Shown here: positions 30,514 through 40,471 of the stretch, piece after piece | Position numbering within the stretch: position 1 is the first letter of the stretch | Layout of the letters: every line of letters starts with the position of its first letter | DNA from: an uncultured delta proteobacterium | GTDB lineage: Bacteria > Desulfobacterota > Binatia > Binatales > Binataceae | Direction of reading: 5' to 3' | Length of the DNA stretch: 64,000 nt | Assembly: GCA_963842085.1 (NCBI GenBank) | Contig: CAWJET010000001.1 | Span: 384,001 to 448,000, forward strand | Notes under the pieces: model-generated | The model's input: the letters and a program-made list of their open reading frames with translations, nothing else | What the model was told of the DNA's origin: nothing | The model's database searches: none | Position numbers and translations under genes: made by a program

Positions 30514-31767
30514 ATGAATCGTCGATATCTTGCCGCGCTGTCGTTTTTCGTTGCCGCCGCACTCGGCGCCTGCGGAGGAGCCGATATTTCCGAGGCGCCG
30601 CCGGTCTTCGTCACCAATCCGCAAGGTAACCGCGTCGAAGCGCTCGCGATGACCTCGCCGCGCGCGAACGCCGCCGCAATTCGGCTCCGCGACGGACGCG
30701 TGCTGATTTGCGGCGGCACCGCGACCGGAGAAGTTGGCGGCGTCCTCTCGAGCGCCGAGCTTTACGATCCCGCCGCGCGCAGTTTCACGCCGACCGGCGC
30801 GATGACCGTCGCGCGCGCCGGGCAGACGATCACGATGCTCCGCGACGGACGCGTGCTGCTCACCGGCGGCGTTCAGAACGTCGGCTTCCGCTCGCAGCTT
30901 GCCAGTGCGGAAATTTACGATCCGGCAGCCGGCACTTTCAGCGCGACGGGCTCGATGTCGACGCCGCGCGAGGGTCACACCGCAACTATGCTTCGCGACG
31001 GCCGGGTGCTGATCGCCGGCGGCAGCGCCAACGGCGTGCAGACGTTGGACTCGGCTGAGATTTACGATCCGTCGAGCGGCTCTTTCAGCCGCACCGGCCA
31101 CTTGAATCAACCGCGCGTCGCGCATGTCGCCGCGCTGCTCGGCACGGGCCAGGTATTGATCGCCGGCGGCGGCCGCGGCGGCATGCCGGGCGGCTATATC
31201 TCCTACGACACCGCGGAACTGTACGATCCGTCCGCCGGCACGTTCACGGCGATGCGCGCGCACATGAAGAGCGATCGCGTCGGCGCGGCCGCCGTCAAAC
31301 TGAACGACGGGCGCGTGCTGATCGCCGGCGGCAAGAGCGGCCGAGTCATGATGGTCCGGCATCCCAATCTCTCTTCGCTGACGCCGCTCAACACCGCCGA
31401 AATTTATGATCCGGAAGCGGGCGCCTTCGTCAAAACCGGCGACATGAGTGCGCCGCATTACCTGCCGACTGCGACGATGCTCGACGACGGCAATGTGCTC
31501 GTCGTCGGCGGATGGACCATCCGGGGTCCGTTGGTGGTCGGGATGCGCGACGCCGAAGTCTATAAGCCTGAGACGAACCTGTTCTCGCACGTGGGCGAGA
31601 CCAACGTCGCGCGGCTCACGAACACCGCGACATTATTGAATGACGGCGAGGTTCTGATCGCCGGCGGCATCGCTGACAAAGCGCTGGTAAGCGCGTCCGT
31701 CGAGTTCTATTCTCCAACGCAGCATCGGTTCCTGATGCTGCCGGAAACCTCCGCGGCCACGGAATGA
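30514..31767 (+). CDS. Kelch-repeat beta-propeller lipoprotein
   Basis: Lipobox LGAC; about 7 repeats of L.DGRVL..GG...AE.YDP. Confidence 0.88.
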   Translation: MNRRYLAALSFFVAAALGACGGADISEAPPVFVTNPQGNRVEALAMTSPRANAAAIRLRDGRVLICGGTATGEVGGVLSSAELYDPAARSFTPTGAMTVARAGQTITMLRDGRVLLTGGVQNVGFRSQLASAEIYDPAAGTFSATGSMSTPREGHTATMLRDGRVLIAGGSANGVQTLDSAEIYDPSSGSFSRTGHLNQPRVAHVAALLGTGQVLIAGGGRGGMPGGYISYDTAELYDPSAGTFTAMRAHMKSDRVGAAAVKLNDGRVLIAGGKSGRVMMVRHPNLSSLTPLNTAEIYDPEAGAFVKTGDMSAPHYLPTATMLDDGNVLVVGGWTIRGPLVVGMRDAEVYKPETNLFSHVGETNVARLTNTATLLNDGEVLIAGGIADKALVSASVEFYSPTQHRFLMLPETSAATE

Positions 31768-33362
31768 ACGATTTGCCGGCAGAGCTACTGCCCGCGTTTG
31801 AACTGCGCGACGCCCGCGGAGCCCCGCGCTCATTCCCGTCCGCGCGACCTGCGCTGCTCTGCTTCGTCAAGGAAGATTGCCCTACATGCGGACTGACGAT
31901 GCCGCTGATCGAGGCCGCGCATCGCGCCTTCGGCGCATCGGTCGATGTGTGGGCGATAGGCCAGGACGCCGAAGGCAACGCGAAACTCGTCGAGCGATAT
32001 GCGCTGACAGCTCCGATGCTCGACGACTCTGCACTCAACGTTTCGTTTGAGTACGGCCTCGACACGGTACCGACGATCGTCCTCGCGGACGCGCACGGCC
32101 GCGAGCAACGCCGCTTCGTCGGCTTCGGACGCGACGACTGGCGCGAGATGTTCGCCGAGTTGTCGCGACAGTCGGGCTTGCCCTCGCCCACTGTCGATTG
32201 GAATTCATACCCGGACTCGCGGCCGGGATGCGGTTCCAGGTCGGTCGAGCCGGGAATCGCGGAACGCCTGGAAGCACACGCGCGCGGCGACAAGCTGACC
32301 GCGCGTCTAATCGAACTGGGCGACGCCGAGGATGTATTCGAATTCATGTTCGAGCGCGGGTTGACCGACGGTTTGCCCGTGGTGCCGCCGACGCCCGAGC
32401 GCGTGATGTGGATGCTGACGGGAACGCGGCGCGATCCGCGCGAGGTGATCGCGACGGTGCCGCCCAACCTGGCGCCGGTGACGGTCGAGAAAGTCGCGGT
32501 CAACGCCGTGATGGCAGGATGCAAGCCCGAGTATCTGCCGGTTGTGATCGCAGCGCTCGAAGCGGTGTGCACCGACGAGTTCAACATCCACGGCATCATG
32601 TCCACGACTTGGGGCGCGACGCCGGTGATCGTGGTGAACGGTCCGATTCGCCATCGTCTCGGCATGAACATGGGCATGATGGCGCTTGGTTACGGCACGC
32701 GGTCCAACGCAACCATCGGGCGCGCGCTGAAGCTCGTGTTGCGCAACGTCGGCGGCGCGCGGCCCGGCGAGATCGAGCGCGCGACGCTCGGCGCGCCAGG
32801 CAAGTTCACGACCTGCTTCGCCGAATGGGAGGAGCGCAGTCCGTGGGAGCCGCTGCACGTCGAGCGCGGGTTCAACAAGGACCAAGACGTCGTGACCGTG
32901 TTCGGACTCGAGGCGGGCTCGCGCCAGATTGCCGATCAAACTTCGCGGACGGCGCGCGCGCTGGCCGGCAGTCTCGGCATGGGGCTGGAAGCATGCTGGC
33001 ATCCCAAGCAGCACGGCGCCGGCGAGATTCTGCTGATCATTTCGCCCGAGCATGCCGACACTATTGCGCGCGAGAAATGGGGCAAGGCGCAGGTGCGCGC
33101 GCGCATCCAGGAAGTGACCTCGCGGCCTCTGCGCGAGCTAATTCGCGACGACGAAAGCGGCGAAGGAATTCCGCTGAGCGCGCTCGGCATTGTGACTGAA
33201 GAGCAGCTTGCGCAGAGGATTGCGAAGTTCCGCCGGCCGGAGGATATCAATATCATCGTGGCTGGCGGCAACGCGGGAAAATTCTCGGCGGTGTTCGCCG
33301 GATGGGTCTCGGGGCCGATGGGCTCGTCCAGCGTCAGCCGGCGAATCGAGGAGGCGATATGA
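31764..33362 (+). CDS. Thioredoxin-like (CPTC) domain fused to an uncharacterised domain (TDGLPVVPPT), UGSC partner protein
   Basis: KEDCPTC, a PGCGS linker, GLTDGLPVVPPTPERV, AVNAVMAGCKPEYLPV, NATIGRA; ATGA overlaps on both sides. Confidence 0.8.
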   Translation: MNDLPAELLPAFELRDARGAPRSFPSARPALLCFVKEDCPTCGLTMPLIEAAHRAFGASVDVWAIGQDAEGNAKLVERYALTAPMLDDSALNVSFEYGLDTVPTIVLADAHGREQRRFVGFGRDDWREMFAELSRQSGLPSPTVDWNSYPDSRPGCGSRSVEPGIAERLEAHARGDKLTARLIELGDAEDVFEFMFERGLTDGLPVVPPTPERVMWMLTGTRRDPREVIATVPPNLAPVTVEKVAVNAVMAGCKPEYLPVVIAALEAVCTDEFNIHGIMSTTWGATPVIVVNGPIRHRLGMNMGMMALGYGTRSNATIGRALKLVLRNVGGARPGEIERATLGAPGKFTTCFAEWEERSPWEPLHVERGFNKDQDVVTVFGLEAGSRQIADQTSRTARALAGSLGMGLEACWHPKQHGAGEILLIISPEHADTIAREKWGKAQVRARIQEVTSRPLRELIRDDESGEGIPLSALGIVTEEQLAQRIAKFRRPEDINIIVAGGNAGKFSAVFAGWVSGPMGSSSVSRRIEEAI

Positions 33363-33880
33363 AACAGGTGATTATCGATCCGACCGACGAGCGCGTGCCG
33401 ATTCGGCGCATGCTGGCTGCCCGCTCTGACTCGATTGTCGGGCGCGTGGCGCTGCTCGACATCGCCAAGCCGCGCGGCGGCGTGCTGATCGATCGGCTCG
33501 CCGAGCATTTGCAGGACCGCCTGCCGGGCGTCGAGATCAAGCGCTTTCGCAAGCCAACCTTCACCAAGCCGGCGCCCGACGAGTTGCGCCGCCGGATCGC
33601 GCAGGAGAGCGACTTCGTTATCGAAGCGCTCGCCGATTGAGGCTCGTGCACAACGTGCAGTGTGCACGACTCCGTATGGTTCGAGACGAATAAGAAGCCC
33701 GCGGTCGTAATCGCGTCGAGCGAGTTCGTTGACGCCGCGCAGAAGCAGGCCGAGGCGCTGGGATTGCCGGAGCTGCGCCGCGTTTTCGTGGCGCATCCGA
33801 TCCAGGACGCGACCGACGAGCAGATGCGCGCGAAGGCCGACGCGATCGTCAACGACGTGATCGCGGCGCTGAAGCGATAA
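33359..33880 (+). CDS. UGSC-family selenoprotein, 173 aa, Sec94
   Basis: GGAGG RBS; ...IEALAD-TGA(33638-33640)-GSCTTCSVHD... in frame with ORF 33662-33880. Hairpin TCGTGCACA/TGTGCACGA at 33644-33669. Confidence 0.9.
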
Positions 33881-34150
33881 GCTATCTGATCAACGTCGAG
33901 ATCGAGTCGGCGACGTCGGTGACCATCCTGCCTGTCGCCGATAAGGTTCCGGCCGCGGGTCACTTTTGCCGCCGCTGGCCCGATGCACAATCGTTCCTTC
34001 TCTATTTAACCTCTTCCTGTCCGGGGAGAGGTCGGCGCGACTCCTAATCCGCCGGGAGAGGTTCAACGCTTGAGCGGGCGGGTTTATTTGGCGGCGCGCG
34101 CGTGATGAAATCTCTGACTGGATTGAAGGTCGTCGCGGGGAATCATTCGC

Positions 34151-35266
34151 GTGGAATCGGAAAATATTCGGCGGGATGAGCCGCCTGAAGTGCGCGATCC
34201 AAGGCTGGTGACGTCCGCAGTCATGCTCGACCCACCGCCAAGCCGGATACTGGTCAAGGAAGTTAACTGGCTGGGCGATGTCGTCATGAGCCTGCCGGCG
34301 CTGCGGGCGATTCGGCGCGCGTGGCCGCGTGCTCATCTTGCGGTGCTCGTCAAGAAGGAACTGGCCAGCTTCTTTGATGGCGCCCGATGGCTCGACGAGG
34401 TGATCCCGTACTCGGTTGGGCGCGGGCTTTCGGGGTTTTTCGATCGGCGCAGGATTGTCGGCGAGATCCGCTCGCGGCGATTTGACCTGGGCGTGTTGTT
34501 TCCCAACAGTTTCGAGTCGGCGTTGTGGATCGCGATGGCGGGAATCCGGCGGCGCGCTGGGTTTGTGGCCGATGCGCGCGGCACAATGCTGACGCTGAAG
34601 GCGTCGCCGCCGCCCGAAGCGGTTACCGGGCACCAGGTGAACTACTGGCTCGCGATGGTGCGCGCGACGGGCGTGGCCGATGGCAGCGCCGACGATTTTG
34701 CGATCGACGTGCACGGACCGTATCGCGAGCGGATGCGCGAATGGCTGGCGGCGAATCGCAAGCGTCCCGGCCGTCCCGTTTTTGCGATCGCTCCCGCGGC
34801 GGCGTTCGGACCGGCCAAAGAATGGCCGGCGGACAGCTACGGCGCGCTGATCGATTTGCTCGCGCGTCGCGATGACGCCGAAGTGGTGCTGGTGGGCGCG
34901 CCGGCGGAGCGCGCGAAGTGCGAGGAAGTCGCGGTGGCGAGCAAGGCGGGCGCGATACTCGCCGTCGGACACACCAATATCGGCGAGCTGATCGCACTGT
35001 TGTCTTTGTGCGACGGATTTATCGGGAACGATTCGGGATGCATGCATATTGCGGGAGCGCTCGGAATTCCGACCGTTGCGATTTTCGGATCGACCAATCC
35101 GCGTCGGACGGGGCCGCTGGGACCGAAGACACGCGTGATTTACCGCAAGCTCGAATGCAGCCCATGCCTGGCGCACACCTGCCGTTTCGGTCATTACAAC
35201 TGCCTGACGCAAATCGAACCGGCAGAGCTGGCCGACGCGATGATCGCGATGCGCGCGCCGCGTTGA
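34151..35266 (+). CDS. waaF: Lipopolysaccharide heptosyltransferase II (start may be 34223)
   Basis: NWLGDVVMS, PAAAFGPAKEWP, NDSG.MH.A.ALG.PTVAIFGST. Confidence 0.9.
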   Translation: MESENIRRDEPPEVRDPRLVTSAVMLDPPPSRILVKEVNWLGDVVMSLPALRAIRRAWPRAHLAVLVKKELASFFDGARWLDEVIPYSVGRGLSGFFDRRRIVGEIRSRRFDLGVLFPNSFESALWIAMAGIRRRAGFVADARGTMLTLKASPPPEAVTGHQVNYWLAMVRATGVADGSADDFAIDVHGPYRERMREWLAANRKRPGRPVFAIAPAAAFGPAKEWPADSYGALIDLLARRDDAEVVLVGAPAERAKCEEVAVASKAGAILAVGHTNIGELIALLSLCDGFIGNDSGCMHIAGALGIPTVAIFGSTNPRRTGPLGPKTRVIYRKLECSPCLAHTCRFGHYNCLTQIEPAELADAMIAMRAPR

Positions 35267-35316
35267 AGACTGACCACTGAAACAACTCTCGCCGACAGGA
35301 AACCCGGGGCATCAAG

Positions 35317-36336
35317 ATGAAACTCAAGGAACTCGCATCGAAGCTGGGACTCGAAACTCGCGGTGACGGCGGTGTGGAGATTTTCGCGCCGGCACCGATC
35401 GAGGCGGCCGGTCCCGGCATGATCGTTTTCGTCGCGAGCGCGAAGTACGCGCCGGCGCTGCAATCCAACGTGTCGGCGGCAATCACGACGGCGGAGCTGG
35501 CGGCGGGCGCGAAGTGCGCGACCCTGATCAGCGCGAATCCCTACGCGGACTTCGCGCGCGTGCTCGAAATTTTTTTCCCAGCGTACCGGCCCGCGCCGGG
35601 AATCGACCCGCGGGCTTCGATCGCACCCGACGCAAAGATCGGTGCGGACGCGTCGATTGGCTCGTCGGCGGTGATCGGCGCAGGCGTTACGCTCGGGCGC
35701 GACGCGGTGATTCACCCGAACGTGACGATTTATCCGGGCGTGCGCATCGGCGATCGCTTCACCGCGCACAGCGGCGTGTCGATTCGCGAGGGCACGGTGA
35801 TCGGGGACCGCGTGACCATTTTGAACGGCGCGGTGATCGGCGCCGACGGCTTCGGCTTCGTCGAGGAGAACGGCGACTTGATCAAAATTCCGCAAGTCGG
35901 CAGCGTAATCCTCGAGGACGATGTGGAGATCGGCGCGAATTCTACCGTCGATCGCGCGATGATGGGCGCGACGGTACTGCATCGCGGCGTGAAGCTCGAC
36001 GACCAGGTGCATATCGGGCACAACTGCGAAATCGGCGAGTACTCGCGATTTTCGGGACACACCGGAATCTCCGGCTCGACCCGGATCGGCAAATGGTGCC
36101 TGTTCGGCGGACAGGTCGGATGCGCCGACCATGTGACGATCGGCGATCGCGTCATGGTGGTGGCGAAGGCCGGCATCCACAACGACCTGAAGGACGACGC
36201 AATCGTCTCGGGCATCCCTGCCGTGGACGTGCGCAAGTTCCGCCGCTACGCGGTCGTGCTGACGCGGCTGCCGGAAATTATCCGGCGCGTGCGCGCGCTG
36301 GAGAGTCGCATCGGCATCGGCGGCAACGAGGCGTAA
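35317..36336 (+). CDS. lpxD: UDP-3-O-(3-hydroxymyristoyl)glucosamine N-acyltransferase
   Basis: NPYADFA, hexapeptide repeats, IGADGFGF, IPQVG, KLDDQVHIGHN. Confidence 0.96.
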   Translation: MKLKELASKLGLETRGDGGVEIFAPAPIEAAGPGMIVFVASAKYAPALQSNVSAAITTAELAAGAKCATLISANPYADFARVLEIFFPAYRPAPGIDPRASIAPDAKIGADASIGSSAVIGAGVTLGRDAVIHPNVTIYPGVRIGDRFTAHSGVSIREGTVIGDRVTILNGAVIGADGFGFVEENGDLIKIPQVGSVILEDDVEIGANSTVDRAMMGATVLHRGVKLDDQVHIGHNCEIGEYSRFSGHTGISGSTRIGKWCLFGGQVGCADHVTIGDRVMVVAKAGIHNDLKDDAIVSGIPAVDVRKFRRYAVVLTRLPEIIRRVRALESRIGIGGNEA

Positions 36337-36362
36337 GTTCTGGCGGCGGCGGTGGTGGTGAA

Positions 36363-36584
36363 ATGCGCACCCGGCGACAATCAGTTGTAACGATTGCGTT
36401 GGCAGCGGCGGCTGCGATCTTTTGTTCGGGATGTCCCGCGCTGATGATTCCGGGTCTCGCGTACTCGGGCTACAAGTATGAGCATGACAAGAACCAGCCC
36501 GCCGCAAGCGCATCGAGTACGCAAAGCAACAAGTCCACGACCTCGTCGCAGCAGCAAAAGATTCCCGACAGCGAAATCGAGTAG
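36363..36584 (+). CDS. Small lipoprotein (73 aa)
   Basis: Basic N-terminus, hydrophobic stretch, CSGC lipobox, Ser/Gln-rich tail. Confidence 0.6.
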   Translation: MRTRRQSVVTIALAAAAAIFCSGCPALMIPGLAYSGYKYEHDKNQPAASASSTQSNKSTTSSQQQKIPDSEIE

Positions 36585-36602
36585 CGTGTTCCGCGGTGGC
36601 GT

Positions 36603-37547
36603 GTGCCAGAGCTGACGTTCGCACTTCGGCCGCATCCACCGTTCAGGCTCGACCTGACGGTGTGGGCGCTACGCCGGCGAGCGCACAACGTGGTCGATCG
36701 ATTTGACGGCGGCGTCTGGTCGCGTGTGTTGGTGATCGGCAAGTCACCGGTGGCGGTCGCGGTAAGGCAGACACGGCGCGGCACGCGTCCGGAAATCGAA
36801 GTGCGGATCTCAGCCGCGCGACCGGATGGAGTGAAGTCGGAAGTGGCCGCGCTCATGACGAAGATGCTCGGGCTGGAGCGCGACCTGTCGGACTTCTACC
36901 GGCTCGCGCGCGGCGATGCGCGGTTGCGGGAGTTGGCGGACCGATTGCGGGGCATGAAACCGGTGCGCTACGCCACGGTGTTCGAGGCGTTCGCGAATGC
37001 GGTCGCGTGCCAGCTCGTTTCGCTGAGCGCCGGAATGCATGTGCTGAACCGGCTCGCCGAGGCCTACGGAATTCCCGGCGAGGCCGATGGCGCGGCGCCG
37101 CCGCTGCGATCGTTCCCGGCCGCCGCCGCGATTGCGCGCTCGAACCCTGATTCGCTGCGCGCGCTCGGGCTGAGCAGGCAGAAAGGGGAATACCTGATCG
37201 GACTCGCGCGCCTGGCGATCGATCGGAAGGACCGCGACTTCGCGTCGATCGCGCGGCTCGGTGACGCCGATGCTGTCGCGCGCCTCTCCGCGATTCGCGG
37301 CGTGGGGCGCTGGACCGCGGAGTACGTGATGCTGCGGGGCTTCGGGCGGATCAATATTTTCCCGGGCGACGACGTTGGCGGCCGCAACAGACTGTTCGAA
37401 TGGCTCGGCGCGCGCGGCAAGCCGACGTACGACGGCGTCGGCAGGATGCTCGAGCGGTGGCATCCGTACGGAGGACTCATCTATCTTCATCTGATTGTGA
37501 ACGCAGTCGCCGAGGGCGGGCATCTCGCGCAGTCAGCGGCGCTGTAA
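36603..37547 (+). CDS. alkA: DNA-3-methyladenine glycosylase II (AlkA family)
   Basis: HhH-GPD motif L.AIRGVGRWTAEY...FPGDD; WHPY. Confidence 0.88.
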   Translation: MPELTFALRPHPPFRLDLTVWALRRRAHNVVDRFDGGVWSRVLVIGKSPVAVAVRQTRRGTRPEIEVRISAARPDGVKSEVAALMTKMLGLERDLSDFYRLARGDARLRELADRLRGMKPVRYATVFEAFANAVACQLVSLSAGMHVLNRLAEAYGIPGEADGAAPPLRSFPAAAAIARSNPDSLRALGLSRQKGEYLIGLARLAIDRKDRDFASIARLGDADAVARLSAIRGVGRWTAEYVMLRGFGRINIFPGDDVGGRNRLFEWLGARGKPTYDGVGRMLERWHPYGGLIYLHLIVNAVAEGGHLAQSAAL

Positions 37548-37561
37548 GTGGAGGATTGCGG

Positions 37562-37954
37562 GTGCTCGCGTATTTCCTGATTGCGATCGGCAGCGCGCTC
37601 GGCGGGATGGGGCGCTACTTTTTTTCGGGCGTGATCGCCACGCTCACCGGCGGCACGTTTCCGTACGGCACGATGTTCGTGAATGTCACGGGCTGCGCGC
37701 TGATCGGTTTTTTCGCGACATTGACCGGCCCCGACGGGCGTTTGCTCGTCGGCACGCCGGCGCGGCAATTCGTGATGGTTGGAATCTGCGGCGGCTACAC
37801 GACGTTCTCGAGTTTCTCGCTCGAGACGCTTTCCCTGATGCGCGCGGGCGAGTGGATGCCGGCCGCAATGAACGCCGCCGGTTCGGTTATCCTCTGCGTC
37901 CTGTCAGTATCGGTCGGGTATATCGCCGCGACTGCGCTTAATCGAGGGGTGTAG
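37562..37954 (+). CDS. crcB: Fluoride efflux channel CrcB/Fluc
   Basis: FPYGT..VNV.G, GICGGYTTFSSF. Confidence 0.95.
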   Translation: MLAYFLIAIGSALGGMGRYFFSGVIATLTGGTFPYGTMFVNVTGCALIGFFATLTGPDGRLLVGTPARQFVMVGICGGYTTFSSFSLETLSLMRAGEWMPAAMNAAGSVILCVLSVSVGYIAATALNRGV

Positions 37955-37956
37955 CA

Positions 37957-38301
37957 ATGCAAATCCCACGCGATGCGGTGTTGCTGAGAATTTTTATTGG
38001 CGAGAGCGAACGCTCGGACCACAAGCCGCTCTACGAAGCGATCGTGCTGAAGGCGCGCGAACTTCAGCTTGGAGGCGCGACGGTGTTGCGCGGTCCGATG
38101 GGCTTCGGCAGGTCGAGCCATCTGCATTCGGCAAAAATCCTGCGGCTGTCGGAGGACCTGCCCATGATCATCGAGATCGTCGACAGCGAGGCGAAGATCG
38201 ACGCGTTCTTACCCGTGCTCGACCAGATGATGGGCTCGGGACTGATCACGGTCGAGAAGGTGCAGGTACTGCAGTACGGCGAGGGCAAACCGAAAACTTG
38301 A
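37957..38301 (+). CDS. DUF190 (PII-like) protein
   Basis: LRIFIGES, GATVLRG.MGFG, LS.DLP.IIEIVD; usual crcB neighbour. Confidence 0.9.
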   Translation: MQIPRDAVLLRIFIGESERSDHKPLYEAIVLKARELQLGGATVLRGPMGFGRSSHLHSAKILRLSEDLPMIIEIVDSEAKIDAFLPVLDQMMGSGLITVEKVQVLQYGEGKPKT

Positions 38302-38316
38302 GCGAGGAGCAGACCA

Positions 38317-38718
38317 GTGGAAAAAAAGTACATCAATCCGGATACGTTGATGACCCCGCGCGGCTTTACCCAGGTCGTGACGGTCGCGGGGCCGGCGAAG
38401 CTGGTATTCATTTCGGGCCAGGTCTCGGTTGACAAGGAAGGCAAGTTGGTAGGGCCGGGCGACCTGAAAGCGCAGATTCGCCAGGCGGCCGCGAACCTGA
38501 AGGCCGCGCTGGCGGCTGCAGGAGCCACCGCCGCCGACATAGTGAAGACCAATACTTACATCGTTAACTACCAGCAGTCTGACTACTCCGCGATGCGCGA
38601 GGCGCGCGCCGAATTGTTCCCCGAAGGGGAGCCGCCCGCCTCGACGCTGGTGGGCGTGACGTCGCTCGCGGTCGCGGGACTGATGGTCGAAATGGAAGCG
38701 ATCGCGGCGGTGCAGTAA
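38317..38718 (+). CDS. RidA family protein
   Basis: ISGQ, PPASTLVGV..L...MVEMEAIA. Confidence 0.9.
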   Translation: MEKKYINPDTLMTPRGFTQVVTVAGPAKLVFISGQVSVDKEGKLVGPGDLKAQIRQAAANLKAALAAAGATAADIVKTNTYIVNYQQSDYSAMREARAELFPEGEPPASTLVGVTSLAVAGLMVEMEAIAAVQ

Positions 38719-38978
38719 GCGGCTGGGATGCCCGCCGAGTCGTGAAGCGCCTGCCGCAACCATCCGGAGGTTAGAATTAACTCCCGCCTGTCATCGTGTT
38801 ATAATTTCTTACAATTTGATTCGTTCGAGCGGTCATAGTAGACAGTAGTGTGCATCGGCAAAGCTGTCGGCGGCAGGGAGCTTGACTTGCGGCGGCGAGA
38901 TACCGGCAAATGATTGAGGAAATTATAATGGAAGCAGACGTGCAACCGCTCGTGGTATCTCATCGAGGGACGGGAACG

Positions 38979-40238
38979 ATGAACAGTATCGAGGAACAGT
39001 ATCGCGCAGCGACCGAAAAATCCGCGCAGCTCGCCAAGCGGGCCGAGCGGGTGATGCCCGGCGGGGACACGCGCACTACGACCTACTATCGGCCCTACCC
39101 GCTCACGCTCAAGCGCGGCGAAGGGCCTTTTTTGTGGGACGTTGACGGCAACAAGTACATCGACCTGCTCGGCAACTACACCAGCCTGGTTCACGGCAAC
39201 GCGTATCCGCCGATCGTCGAGGCGGTGACCAAGGCGGTGCGCGATGGCAGCTCGTGGCCGGCGCGCTCGGAGGCCCAGCTCGAGCTGGCGACGCTGTTGT
39301 GCGAGCGGGTCGCGTCTGTCGAGCGCGTGCGATTTTGCAATTCGGGGACGGAGGCCGGGATGCTCGCGGCGCACGTCGCGCGGCGCCTCACCGGCCGCAA
39401 GCTCATCCTGATGGCGCGCTACGGCTATCATGGATCGTACGAGGATTTGGAAGTCGGGCTGGCCGGACAGGACGGCGAGCGCACGATGCTGGCGGACTTC
39501 GGCGAAGCGACGGCGTTCGAGGCGCTGCTGTCGGAGCGCGGCGCGGAAATCGCGGCGGTGTTCCTCGAGCCGGTGCTCGGCTCGGCGGGAATCGTGGAAC
39601 CGCCGGCGGGATTTCTCGAGCGCGTGGCCGAGGCGACGCACCGTGCCGGTGCGATGTTCGTCGTCGACGAGGTGATCACGCTGAGGCTGGCCGAAGGCGG
39701 CGGGCAGCAGATTTTCGACGTCAAGCCGGACCTGACGATGTTCGGGAAGATCATCGGCGGAGGGTTCCCGGTCGGAGCGATCGGCGGCAGCGAGGACGTG
39801 ATGTCGGCGTTCGATCCGCGCAATCGCGGCTCGATTTTTCATTCGGGCACGTTCAACGGCAATCCCGTCACCTGCGCGGCCGGCGCCGTGTCGATCCGCG
39901 AATTGACGCAGGCGCGAATCGACAAGATGGCCAAACAGGGCGAGCGGCTGGCAGCCGAGCTGGCGCGCGCGGCGCGGCAGGTGGAACTGCCGTTTTCCGT
40001 GCGGCACTACGGCTCGCTGATGAACGTGTTTTTTCTCAAAGAGCCGCCGCCCGCGACGATCGCCCGCGACGACGCGCGCGCGGTCGCCAATTTCCATCTG
40101 GCGGCGCTCAATCAGGGGCTGTTTCTCGCACCACGCGGCATGATTGCGCTCTCAACCGTGATCACCGACGACGTCCTGAGTGAGATTTGCGAGCGCGCGG
40201 CGAAGGCGATGGCCGACGTCGCGCAGGCCGGCGAGTAG
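38979..40238 (+). CDS. Class III aminotransferase (glutamate-1-semialdehyde aminomutase-like)
   Basis: NSGTEA, DEVIT, FGKIIGGG.PVG, HSGTFNGNP. Confidence 0.88.
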   Translation: MNSIEEQYRAATEKSAQLAKRAERVMPGGDTRTTTYYRPYPLTLKRGEGPFLWDVDGNKYIDLLGNYTSLVHGNAYPPIVEAVTKAVRDGSSWPARSEAQLELATLLCERVASVERVRFCNSGTEAGMLAAHVARRLTGRKLILMARYGYHGSYEDLEVGLAGQDGERTMLADFGEATAFEALLSERGAEIAAVFLEPVLGSAGIVEPPAGFLERVAEATHRAGAMFVVDEVITLRLAEGGGQQIFDVKPDLTMFGKIIGGGFPVGAIGGSEDVMSAFDPRNRGSIFHSGTFNGNPVTCAAGAVSIRELTQARIDKMAKQGERLAAELARAARQVELPFSVRHYGSLMNVFFLKEPPPATIARDDARAVANFHLAALNQGLFLAPRGMIALSTVITDDVLSEICERAAKAMADVAQAGE

Positions 40239-40274
40239 CCGCAGCTTCGGCACGTAGCTTTCCTTAAGCAACAG

Positions 40275-40307
40275 GAACCCGCGTTATCATCGACGCGGGT
40301 TTCTTTT
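40275..40307 (+). terminator. Intrinsic terminator
   Basis: AACCCGCGT/ACGCGGGTT stem followed by a TCTTTT tail. Confidence 0.75.
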
Positions 40308-40381
40308 GCCGCTTCGGTTCATAGTCACGATTCACAATTGAACCGCGCGCGTCACAGCAAATTGATCGCGCCGCAAAACCT

Positions 40382-40399
40382 TCGTCATCGCGCCGTCAC
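40382..40399 (+). promoter_or_regulatory. Putative Pho box upstream of the phosphoesterase
   Basis: TCGTCAT-N4-CCGTCAC direct repeat (11-bp period), 10 bp before a TAGTGT -10-like hexamer. Confidence 0.5.
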
Positions 40400-40471
40400 C
40401 TGCGCTGGCTAGTGTCGCACCTCTCGCGGATCGATTCGGTCCGCGCAAAAACCCAGGGAGGAATGCTCAGT

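Noticed and set aside
37500-37561. Fluoride riboswitch upstream of crcB
   Set aside because: Only 14 nt separate alkA and crcB, and no riboswitch consensus is visible.
38979-40238. Assigning the symbol hemL
   Set aside because: GSA-aminomutase-like but divergent (MPGGDTR, GYHGS) and with no heme genes nearby.
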